Source: Nemertoderma westbladi (Eukaryota > Animalia > Xenacoelomorpha). Taken from it: DNA of 47,047 nucleotides. Below, piece by piece: positions 13,535 to 24,744 of the stretch (its first letter is position 1; every line of letters starts with the position of its first letter). The notes under the pieces were generated by a model, which did no database searches, was not told the origin of the DNA, and worked only from the letters and a program-made list of their open reading frames with translations. The stretch spans positions 1 to 47,047 of the forward strand of contig JAUCBJ010007427.1 in NCBI GenBank assembly GCA_032718475.1, given 5' to 3'. A program made the position numbers and the translations under genes.

Positions 13535-13820
13535 AGGCCCCACTTTGTCCCAGTGGTTAAATCCGTTGCTTAGATTTCACATCTCTCCGGCTGGGTTCGA
13601 TCCAAGCATGAGTTTTCGGTTCAGTATATGCTTTAATGGATCTAGCCAGGGCGCATCTCGGCCTTGCATCCTCAAATGGTATCTAAATGAGTACTGAGGA
13701 TTCCTCTGGGGAATATAGTTTTTTTTTGAGGGGGGGGGGGGGGGGGGGAATTGGAAACAAGTCGTCAGACCTGCTGAGTAATCGGTGGCCTAACGGCCGA
13801 ATAAAACTTTATAGTTTTTA
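13535..13820 (+). mobile_element. tRNA-derived SINE
   Basis: A-box-like cagtggtta and B-box ggttcgatcc. The central ctcggccttgcatcct...aaatgagtac resembles the conserved central domain of Meta/Sauria-type SINEs (from memory). The 3' end is AT-rich. Confidence 0.6.
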
Positions 13821-14451
13821 CTTCACAAATTTTTAACTTTTTATACATAGCGGGTGCGTGTTGATAAACTAAACGTTAACCTAATAATTAGATGCGAGAT
13901 ATATGATAGATAATGCAAGAGCTGAATAGGAAATTTATTATTCAGTACAGTATGAATGACCAACAGAATGAGTTAGATGCGAATGGGACAGACAGGCTAC
14001 AAGCTAGACAAGCTTGCCAGCGAGAGCTATAAATTACGCGACTATGCTGGGCAGCCTAATAACGAAAAACGAAACATTGGGCAAAGTACCGTCTACCCTC
14101 TGTACAAAATATATTGTATGTTAAAAAAAACACTGTAGAAAATGTTTCTACTCCTTCAATTCTAAACGAAATAAATTGAAATTTTGCAGAAAGCATGTCC
14201 AATAGATGCTCCCTGCGGGGTGTGGACAGAATTTTGATTGAGTGAATTCTACGATTATGATCGGTCATTCTTGAATTAATTCAACTGTTGCTAGGCAACC
14301 AACAGGTCCTTCGCAACAAAAACCTTGCATACACAACTAGATGCGATAATGAAGTTATCATCAAGGTTTCATCCAATTCCATCAACATTAAGTGTAAGAA
14401 GTTGTGTGTACAAACAAACAAAACAAAAAAAACACGCGTGAGAAATAAGGA

Positions 14452-15420
14452 CATCCAACTTGGATCCGTCCAACATCCAACTTGGATCCGTCCAACATCC
14501 AACTTGGATCCGTCCCACATCCAACTTGGATCCGTCCAACAACCAACTTGGATCTGTCCAACATCCAACTTGGATCCGTCCAACATCCAACTTGGATCCG
14601 TCCCACATCCAACTTGGATCCGTCCAACATCCAACTTGGATCCGTCCAACATCCAACTTGGATCCGTCCAACTGCCAACTTGGATCCGTCCAACATCCAA
14701 CTTGGATCTGTCCAATAGCCAACTTGGATCCGTCCAACATCCAACTTGGATCCGTCCAACATCCAACTTGGATCCGTCCCACATCCAACTTGGATCCGTC
14801 CAACAGCCAACTTGGATCCGTCCAACATCCAACTTGGATCCGTCCAACATCCAACTTGGATCCGTCCCACATCCAACTTGGATCCGTCCAACATCCAACT
14901 TGGATCCGTCCAACTGCCAACTTGGATCCGTCCAACATCCAACTTGGATCTGTCCAATAGCCAACTTGGATCCGTCCAACATCCAACTTGGATCCGTCCA
15001 ACAGCCAACTTGGATCCGTCCAACATCCAACTTGGATCCGTCCAACATCCAAATTGGATCCGTCCAACAGCCAACTTGGATCCGTCCAACATCCAACTTG
15101 GGTCCGTCCACATCCAACTTGGATCCGTCCACATCCAACTTGGATCCGTCCAACATCCAACTTGGATCCGTCCAACATCCAAATTGGATCCGTCCAACAT
15201 CCAACTTGGATCCGTCCAACAGCCAACTTCGATCCGTCCAACATCCAACTTGGATCCGTCCAACAGCCAACTTGGATCCGTCCAACAGCCAACTTGGATC
15301 CGTCCAACAGCCAACTTGGATCCGTCCAACATACAACTTGGATCCGTCCAACATCCAACTTGGATCCGTCCAACATCCAACTTGGATCCGTCCAACAGCC
15401 AACTTGGATCTGTCCAATAG
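14452..15420 (+). repeat. 22-bp minisatellite, ~44 copies
   Basis: Unit catccaacttggatccgtccaa, highly homogeneous with no spacers. It accounts for the many overlapping ORFs at 14281-15521. Confidence 0.95.
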
Positions 15421-16469
15421 ACATAGATCCAGAATGTAGGCCTACAGTTAATAAATATAATGAAATAAATAAAATAAAATATGAATGTGATGATAGTGAA
15501 ATAAACGGAATGTTACGATGATAATGAATGAATTTATGAAAATCGAATTTATATAAAGCAAAAGTAGTTGCCTAGTAACAACAATGAGTATAATTATTAT
15601 AATAAGTAGTTTATTTTATATTAGTCTTGGTGTTACTTGGCTACTTGGTGTTAGAACTATAAATACAGTGAACTATTGTTAAAGTTTAATTTTACGATTG
15701 ATTATTGTGGGAATTAATATAAATACCTAGTGGCAGCAGATGTGGAGGAATTCAATAGAATACAACAAGGAATCAATTCAAGTTGGGGCGATGCACACAT
15801 TAGCCATTATACTTTTTTTTTAATGTCTACAATTTCTACTGAAATTAAAATATTTTGATTTTATACGGTATGGGCTGTTAAAATATGGCTAAAGATTTGT
15901 TTTTCGAAAAATTTTCAAATTTTCAATCGCCCTGTAGCGGCCATTGAATGAAACAAGACTTGCGGCTAAAATGCTACTAGTCATTGAATTTTAGGTGAAA
16001 TTGCCTGCAACCAATTTTTTCGAATTACAGAGGTGAGCTCCACAAAAGTTATCGGTTTTACAATTTTTAGTCTTGCCTTTTTATGTAAATTAATTAATAT
16101 TTATTAATATTTGCCAAAATTTTAACAAATTTTTGGCTTTAATCTGAAAAATTGGCTGTAAAACCAAAAATATAAAAATTATAACCGATAACTTTTAAAG
16201 AACAGTTGAAAACCTTTCGAATGAGCCAAAAATAAAGAAAATTGGATAAAAAAAAGGCGGAGGATTAGTATTTTGAAAAATGAAAAATGTCATTCCGAGA
16301 TAAGTTCATTCCGAGGTTGTCTGTCTGTCTTACAATTTGACTGACAGACCGTCATACAGAAAAATAGCAATAACTCGAGAACTAAAAGAGGTTTCACTAA
16401 GCGATTTTCAGATTTTAAATCCCCATTAAATTCTGCTATAAAAATTTTGACCATGGTTCTAACACTCTA

Positions 16470-16708
16470 TGGTTCTTTTCGGGGAATCTCATTGATCTCG
16501 ATTGCTGCAAAGCTATACAATAGGATTCTATTAAATCGCATCAGGGATCCCATTGAGAGACTGCTCCGTGGAAATCAGAATGGGTTCCGTAAAGGTCGTG
16601 GGACCATGGAGCCCATTTTAGCACTTAGAAGGATAATTGAAGAGTTATCAAAAAAGAAAGACAGGCATCTGGCTGTTATCTTTGTTGACTTCTTCAAGGC
16701 CTTTGATT
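16470..16708 (+). pseudogene. RTE-clade LINE reverse transcriptase, 5' part (interrupted)
   Basis: SFRGISLISIAAKLYNRILLNRI...NQNGFRKGRGT...VIFVDFFKAFD matches the early non-LTR RT domains. It resumes after 18654 as FDSVSR. Confidence 0.9.
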
Positions 16709-17162
16709 GGTCTCAGGTCTTTATATCCCAGGGGTCTTTATATCCCAAGGGTCTTTATATCCCACTCTAAAAAAATGGGTCTTTATATCCCAAGGGTCTT
16801 TATATCCCAGGGGTCGTTATATCCCACTTCTAAACTAAAATCGGGTCTTTATATCCCAGGGGTCTTTATATCCCAAGGGTCTTTATATCCCAGGGGTCTT
16901 TATATCCCAGGGGGCTTTATATCCCAGGGGTCTTTATATCCCAGGGGTCTTTATATCCCAAGGGTCTTTATATCCCAGGGGTCTTTATATCCCAGGGGGC
17001 TTTATATCCCAGGGGTCTTTATATCCCAGGGGTCTTTATATCCCAGGGGGCTTTATATCCCACCAGTTATTCTGGGAGAAGAAATTCTTTGGTGGGAAAT
17101 TCAAACTTTTGGCTTGTGGTGGTAGCACTGCTGTACAGTACTACTTACAGTACATGTAGTAA

Positions 17163-18320
17163 ACTATTTACTACACTCTGTACAATGAAAATGACGATTT
17201 TCATCGTTGGGTACGGCGATTTGTCGGATTGTCAATGCTTCCATTGCATGATTTAATGCATTGTGCTAATTATCTTGCTAATCATCCTCCTGCTAATCTT
17301 CCGGTTGGTGGTATTGCAGCATGTAATGAATTTAGAGTGTATTTCTTCAACTATTATATGAAATTCCCAAATCTTTGGTGTCAGTGGGAAAATAGTGGTC
17401 CTAGAACGACGAATTTCGCGGAGGGTTTTCACAACCGATTGAAAGTGGATGTATTCCATAGCGTCCGACCATCATTCGCTGTGTTTCTAACTGAGATGCA
17501 AAAGGAACAAAGGAATGCACTTGTTCGGTTAAGCCAATTAGCTCGGGGGCCCCATGAAATACAAAGGCGACGTCCTGTTGATATTGCTACTGAATCTCGT
17601 ATTAGTAGAGAATGTGAATTGTACCACACGGCTCAGATAGTTTACTATAACGGCGGAATAGAGTGCCCTGTGGAAGCCATGTTGAACTATGTAGATATCC
17701 AGACTCATAATATTGCACATAATCTTTTCAGCATGAGACAACTTGGTGTCGGAGGTGTTGCAGCTGGTGGCGGTGGACTAGGTGTTGGTGGAGGAGAGGG
17801 TGAACTAGGTGTTGGTGGAGGAGAGGGTGGACTAGGTGTTGGTGGAGGAGAGGGTGGATTAGGTGTTGGTGGTGGTGTGGGTGGACTAGGTGTTGGTGGC
17901 GGTGTGGGTGGACTAGGTGTTGGTGGAGGAGATGGTGGACTAGGTGTTGGTGGAGGAGAGGGTGGACTAGGTGTTGGTGGCGGTGTGGGTGGACTAGGTG
18001 TTGGTGGCGGTGTGGGTGGACTAGGTGTTGGTGAGGGAGAGGGTGGACTAGGTGTTGGTGGAGGAGAGGGTGGACTAGGTGTTGGTGGCGGTGTGGGTGG
18101 ACTAGGTGTTGGTGGCGGTGTGGGTGGACTAGGTGTTGGTGGAGGAGAGGGTGGACTAGGTGTTGGTGGAGGAGAGGGTGGACTATGTGTTGGTGGCGGT
18201 GTGGGTGGACTAGGTGTTGGTGGAGGAGAGGGTGGACTAGGTGTTGGTGGCGGTGGTCTAGGTGATAATGGAGGAGGCCGTGGATTAGGTGTTGGTTACA
18301 GGGTTTACCTTCAATTGTAA
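17163..18320 (+). pseudogene. MULE/Phantom transposase C-terminal half with in-frame Gly-rich tail
   Basis: FHRWVRRFVGLSMLP...YFFNYY...LW...PRTTNFAEGFHNRL...RPSFAVFLTEMQKEQ contains the RTxNxxE catalytic Glu motif. The two upstream Asp motifs are absent. Confidence 0.8.
17765..18295 (+). repeat. 27-bp coding minisatellite (GGLGVGGG[E/V]), ~19 copies
   Basis: Unit ggtggactaggtgttggtggaggagag, alternating with a ...ggcggtgtg variant. Confidence 0.9.
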
Positions 18321-18654
18321 ATATTTTAATAATTAATTGTTATCCTTAATTATTATACTAGTTATTGTTATATTTCCTCAGAAGTATATTTATTGAAAAG
18401 TTGCGGGACCATTACAAAAAGGACCTACTGGATATAAAACCCCCTGGGATATAAAGCCCCTTGGGATATAAAGCCCCTTGGGATATAAAGACCCCTGGGA
18501 TATAAAGACTCGATTTTAGTGTAGAAATGGGATATAAAGACCCCTGGGATATAAAGACCCTTGGGATATAAAGACCCATTTTTAAGGCTTTTTTTAAGAT
18601 GGGATATAAAGACCCCTGGGATATAAAGACCCCTGGGATATAAAGACACCCAAT

Positions 18655-19064
18655 CCTTTGATTCAGTCTCTCGCTCACGTATGTTCAGCATACTTTCATT
18701 ATATGGGATTCCTGATGAAATTATTGCAGCAATCAGATCAGTATACGATGGTTCGACAACATTTGTGTCTACTGTTGACGGTGACACAGGACCATTTGAA
18801 GTGTTATGGGGCGTCCTCCAAGGAGACACACTTGCACCATTCTTGTTCATTATTGTGGTTGACTATGTTCTACGCATGTCCTTAGATCATTATAATGATG
18901 ATGGGGTGATGATAACTCCACCCACTGGCTCCAGAAGTCGAGGAAATCCTGCCAAGTACCTAACTGATCTAGACTTTGCTGATGACTTAGGAGTACTCTC
19001 AGAATCATTAGAGGGAGCCCAACGGCTCCTCAGCTCATTAGAACATGCTGCTTCTAGTGTTGGT
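18655..19064 (+). pseudogene. RTE-clade LINE reverse transcriptase, continuation (3'-truncated)
   Basis: FDSVSRSRMFSILSLYGIP...GVLQGDTLAPFLF...DLDFADDL. Similarity to the 23362-24437 copy stops abruptly at ~19064. Confidence 0.9.
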
Positions 19065-19066
19065 CC

Positions 19067-19682
19067 GGCCTATTAATAGGCCAGGGTAGTTTTTGTGTCA
19101 AGAGTTGAGCCGTTCAAAAACACGATGTGGTTGTGTACGTGTGTGTGTGTGTGTATATATGTATAAACATTCAATATCTCAAAAACTCAAGTAGGTACGC
19201 AAAAATTTTAATAACAAACTCTACATAAATTTTAGTTGCGCACAAGACTGTATATTTTTTGCGGCGTTTCGATCACGGGGTCACTGAAAAATAGCGGTTT
19301 TGAAAATCTAAGTCGAATTTCACCGATTTCAAATTCAACTCGTCGAGTATGCACCAACTTTTTTATTTGGGCTATTCAGTCATTTGAGCAACATATTTGA
19401 GGCTCAAAATCTTTTAAATATCGCAAATCTCGCACAGAACGTCGCCAAAATTTGTTAGTCCTGCAAAAAAAAACGCAAAAAATTCGTCTAAAATTATTGG
19501 TTGCAGAATAATATAATTCAACTTGAAAAGCCAACAAGCTGGCTATAAGGAGAGCGTCCATAGACAAACGGAGTGTTAGTTGGGTCCCTCCTCATTCATT
19601 ATCATCAACCTATACTGTAAAACATTTGAACGACCCAGTGCTTACACGTTCGTGGGGCCTTCGCGCAGCACGAGGCCCAGTT
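19067..19682 (+). mobile_element. Possible Helentron-associated non-autonomous element (HINE-like)
   Basis: Starts with the perfect palindrome ggcctattaataggcc, carries a (GT)n microsatellite at ~19138-19153, and ends with a GC-rich hairpin gggcct...aggccc. Confidence 0.35.
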
Positions 19683-19945
19683 ATGAGATACAAATTAAAA
19701 TTGTGCGACTGTATCACAAAATCAGGTTATGAGAGATTAACCCACACCACCAATTAATCAAAGAAAGGGGGACAGTACGTGTTCACCCCTTTTAATCTCA
19801 CCCCCCCCCACACCCTTCCCAACCACCAATACATAACCGCGACATCTACCACCCACGGAAGGGTAGCACGAACTTATTTCCAAACGCACGTTCAATATGC
19901 AAAGCCAGGTGGTTTATAGGAATATAATCAATGCAGTACTCGTCT

Positions 19946-20380
19946 TCATTCAGTCATTATAAGCCTCTTTGCGTTCGACCTGTTTTGTATTAAAATATAT
20001 TTATTAAACGCAGGCTGACGCTCTTTATAATAATAATACCTAGGGATGCCAGCTTCCAGACTTTCAATCTTTACTGCCGCGCAAACCCCGCAGAGGAAGT
20101 TTTGGTTTGAGAGATCAAGCCCATCGGCAATTGGTGTTTCAATTTCGGTCCAGGAACTCTGACAATGGGAGCATTCAATCTTAGCTGTGGTCCATTCCCG
20201 TGGTTTCGGCTTCCTTTTCTTCGTCCCAATGACAGATTCTTCTGAAGACGTTCGATTCGCTTTCAGTTTATTGTTGGCGTTTGTGTTTTGAAGTTGTATT
20301 CGAGTGGACAGTCGCGCCGGTTTCGAGGTAACCATACCGACCTGTGATAAGCGTTGGTTTTGTTGAGTGCCGGTATTCAT
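19946..20380 (-). pseudogene. Fragment with a PHD-like zinc finger, possibly non-LTR retrotransposon ORF1
   Basis: A basic N-terminus followed by IECSHCQSSW...FLCGVC, a spacing like the second half of a PHD finger. No ORF2 follows. Confidence 0.35.
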
Positions 20381-23361
20381 CTTCTCTCACCTCTTCAATG
20401 TCAGATGTTGCAAATACTGATAACACGAATAACGGTATATATTTCAATACTTGTCAATAGTAATATATATAATTTAGATAACTATTTTATATCTGTACTG
20501 TTGAGCAAACTCTACATAAATTCCAACCTGTGTATCGCCGGTAGTGCTGTTGCTGTGCAAGTGTTGACGTGCTAGTTGCCACCGGTCACACGGTCAGCCG
20601 GTACCGGTAGTAGGGTGGTACCTACGGTGCGCACTACAACGGCAGTACAGCAATACGGTGTACCGTGCCAATGACTGAATGATTAGCGGTAACTATCTAA
20701 ACTATTACTGTGTTATATTATTATTACCGGTGCCGGTACTGGGCTAATTAGGCCTAAACTATAATCACCGCAAGGGTTGGCGGGGCCACGTTTAATTAGA
20801 TTACATGATATGGCATGTCTGCAGTGTATGGTACCGGCTGACCAGTATTGCAGTATTGACTGATTGCAGGATTCTCGATTCAGGGAATGAGTACAGCCTG
20901 ACAGTACCGGTACACATGGTACATGCATAATTGCAAAATTTGTCAGAAACCCAGCTGATATATCCTACAGTAATAATAATTTAACGCATTTTAAATTTGG
21001 ATAAATAAATTTATTATAACTGCAATAACAGTTACACTGATGCTGCACGAAGGCCCCACGCAAATTCTACTTGGAAAATTTTCAAACTTTTGCCAAACAA
21101 CATGTGTACCAAGTTTGGATAGATTTCATCAAGGATTGGCCGAGTTATTAACGTTTATATTAAAATACTGAAAAAAAAACGCGACAGAACGACAGGTTGA
21201 TTAATGGTACCACTACGCTAAGGCTCACTCACTTCGTGGCTCGCCCCACAATGATATTCCCATATGATTCACTGGGAAGAGCTATTCAGCTGGCGGGGTA
21301 ATACATTATAAACAGTTGATGTTTGAGTACTGTCTGGGATAGAGTTAGAGAGTAATAAATTTAGCAAGTAATATTATACTTATGTGCAGTTTGGGCCTAT
21401 CCATTAAATAAATAGTAGTAGCTTACTAGGCCCTCATGAGTACCAGCAGCTGGTGTTTCTATCGTTGAGTTGATGGCAATTTTCGTGTTTTCATTTTCGC
21501 TCACTCAGGGTACTAGTTAGAGGGACAGGTTCGTTTAAAGCCAGCTTGCTGGATTCTAGTATTTGAATATTAATATTAATAAATTAACACACACGAAATA
21601 ACACTAATCTCATCTTCATCAATGAATAATCTTGTCTTGTCATTATTCTCTCTCTTCTAAATAGTATGAAAGTTTATTAATTAATTTTGTATAACGGTGT
21701 GCCCACACGTTGCTTTCTGTACGCATAATACTAGACATTACTATATAATTATATTATTAGTTTTATAAATATTTACAATAGACATAAATGGGAAAAAACA
21801 GAACTCAATTTAACCCGAAATTATATATAACGAATATTATGATGGCATGAACTCTTCTCTTTATATCTTTACACCACAACGGCAAAATAGAACAACACTA
21901 GCTATGCTACTGTTATTTTTTGTCATTTAAAATCTATATCTAATATACTATTACTTTACTACAATATCACAAACATTACAAATTTTAGCAAAATAAACGT
22001 TAATTTGTAAGATTGAGAAATTGTAATGCTATAACTATAATGTTGGCATCATGTCATATATTGCGTAAATCGAATTTATTCGAGCTCTATTGATTGATTG
22101 ACTCTTATATTATTATACTTCCCAAGTTTAGCCCCTTTTAGTCTGTCTTACGGAACTCATTGAATTTGGTTTATTATTTGGTTTTAGAGTTAGTTGGTCA
22201 TCCCTCAACCCGACTTTAAACTTTCATGTATCGTATCCCTAAACCAAGTCATACAGTATTATATAAAATTTATCTTAAATTCTTAGATTATTTATTACTC
22301 AGGGTGCAGCCGGTGCCGCATGCCGGTGGGAAAAGATTACCAAAATGATTGTTTCTGAGATGTAACACATAGGAAAAATTCTACCAATATACAGCATATA
22401 GGTGTTCGGTGGTGTCTGGTAGACTACTATATATTGGACTGCTTTAGTTTCAGTTAACATTAAGTAAATTAAAACGAATTAATTAGATAATTACCTCTAC
22501 ATTACTACATTAATTAAGTAGGCTAACTAACTCTCAGAATTATACTTTGGATCGCATTCTCCTTTTTCGATATATCACCGGTATTGTTCCCATCTTCCCT
22601 CTCTCCAGGATATGTTGTTGTTGTTTTAATCCCGCATTGCGTATCATCGTCAGAACACATGCCTCAATCTGGCCCCCTCTAGTAACAAGTACCGGTAACA
22701 AATCTGGTACAGAGAGCAGTAATATGTACTTCAATTAGACACCAATAATTGAATACTAATTTGTAGTGTAAGCGGGTAGGCCTCCGCTGTATCACCATCA
22801 GTCAACTATCAGTAAAACAAACCTGTTTTGAATAGATTTTACTCCAAACTAAAATTTATATTTCCCGCTGGTTTGTACGGTGGCTGATTTGGACCAATTA
22901 ATTTTTATTTTACATTAACAATAATTTACTTTCAAGTTGAAACAAATTCGAATTAAGTTTTGTTTTGGTGTGTATAATTTATTCCAAAAAATTTGAAACA
23001 AAATCGGATTTATTTCTGTTTGAAATGAAACAAATTCGAATTTGTTTTTGTTTAAAATGAAAAAAATTCGAATTTGTCTTTGTTTAAAATGAAACAAATT
23101 CGAATTTGTTTTTGTTTAAAATAAAAAAAATTCTAATTTGTCTTTGTTTAAAATGAAACAAATTCGAATTTATTTTTGTTTCCTGGTGTAGCCAATAAAG
23201 GTACCGGTACATATTGGGTAGGCATTTATTATTGAGATAAAATTGAACTGAACGTCATAGGACTGTATTTGCTCCTAAGTCAACAGCAGTTGAAAGACGA
23301 TTAGGTAAAAAGGTTGTTAGAAGAACATATATTTCAAAGGGTCCCAATTATTTACTACATA

Positions 23362-24437
23362 CTACTACTAGGATCGGCATGCTGCATTGCAGCTGCATTT
23401 TTAAGAATGCTGTGCCGGCTTGTCAACAAAATTGCACCGCCACAACTCCCTATCACCCATGACATTTGCTAGATCATCCGCATCTTTAAGGCCAGTGTCC
23501 TTTAAGATGCGTCTCAAGAAAGTCATGGGCTGTCCACCATGCTTATTCACTCCATGAGGCTGCCAAAGTACAAGATTATGCACTGGCTGGTCCTCACGGC
23601 GAAAGCAATGTCCTGCAAAGCGGAGGCGATTTTGTTCTAGTGTCAAGCTTGGGGGAACCAATGAGACACCTCCAATGTTATATAGTGTCTGGTTGGAGAT
23701 GTGTGCATTGTACTTGACACAATGTACCCGGCGTAGCATTCTTGTGAATGTGCCATCCAGAGATTTGGTGTCCTCAGCAGTTAGAGCCCAGCATGGACTC
23801 CCGTAGAGGAGTACTGGAACTACTGCTGCTCTAAATAATCGGACCTTAAGTTTCCGATTAATTCTCGGTGATTTCCAAATCCTGGAAAGCCTATTCAAGG
23901 CTGTCCATGCCTTTCCCTTACGTATTCGAAGGTCCTCACCTGACTTCCGGATCCATGATCCCAGGTAACAGAAGTCGTCCACATGCTCAAGCATACCATC
24001 CTTTGAGCTTATGCTCATCCGATCAGAGACTTGCTGAGGACTTTCAAAGTTAACGGTCAGAATTTTGGTCTTTCTGGAGTTAATAAAAAGACCAACACTA
24101 GAAGCAGCATGTTCTAATGAGCTGAGGAGCCGTTGGGCTCCCTCTAATGATTCTGAGAGTACTCCTAAGTCATCAGCAAAGTCTAGATCAGTTAGGTACT
24201 TGGCAGGATTTCCTCGACTTCTGGAGCCAGTAGGTGGAGTTATCATCACCCCATCATCATTATGATGATCTAAGGACATGCGTAGAACATAGTCAACCAC
24301 AATAATGAACAAGAATGGTGCAAGTGTGTCTCCTTGGAGGACGCCCCATAACACTTCAAATGGTTCTGTGTCACCGTCAACAGTAGACACAAATGTTGTC
24401 GAACCATCGTATACTGATCTGATTGCTGCAATAATTT
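23362..24437 (-). mobile_element. 5'-truncated RTE LINE inserted in the IS3EU-like element (ORF 23401-24390)
   Basis: QGDTLAPFLF, FADD, FCYLGS, VLLYGSPCW, RLRFAGHCFR motifs and a (TAG)n-like tail. Candidate 12-bp TSD attta[c/g]tacata at 23350-23361 and 24434-24445. Confidence 0.9.
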
Positions 24438-24744
24438 AGTACATATAGATGGGTGGGACAAGTTGAAACCATTCGGTCTAGCCAACGAATAGAAGCATGG
24501 TGGTCCAAATTTCCTATATTGGGAATTGAATCGTGGCTGGTGCATTTCTGGAATTTTGAACATGCCAATCTCGCCAAAATCTCAAAATCTTGGCTGGCTG
24601 AATGGAGTATAAAAAGTATAAAGTAAAAATAAAGAAATAAAAAATAAAGTACAAAAAGAGCTAAAAGTGCCGGTGTCCCTGCTGCCACTGGTTTTTCTAC
24701 CAAATACAATATACATACCAAATATATTTATATACTATATTTTT

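Larger units (their letters stand above)
16709..18654 (+). mobile_element. Mutator superfamily (Phantom-like) DNA transposon with foldback TIRs, internally deleted
   Basis: 9-bp duplication cctttgatt (16700-16708 and 18655-18663). Inverted arrays of the 18-bp unit ggggtctttatatcccag at ~16715-17062 and ~18428-18650. Internal transposase fragment present. Confidence 0.85.

Noticed and set aside
13545-13610. Functional tRNA gene
   Set aside because: Only A/B boxes are present, with no proper cloverleaf, and it continues into a SINE-like body.
14281-15521. Many long overlapping ORFs on both strands; possible repeat protein or CRISPR array
   Set aside because: This is a 22-bp tandem unit lacking stops in most frames. 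There are no unique spacers and no cas genes, and the context is eukaryotic.
15780-16460. Possible MITE or Kolobok-type fragment
   Set aside because: No paired termini or TSD were identified.
16637-17125. ORFs with repeated GLYIPGVFISQGSLYPR (also 18412-18850)
   Set aside because: They are translations of the 18-bp TIR arrays, not genes.
17229-18320. Host silk/elastin/cuticle gene
   Set aside because: The N-terminal half has MULE transposase motifs, there is no signal peptide, and it lies between transposon TIRs.
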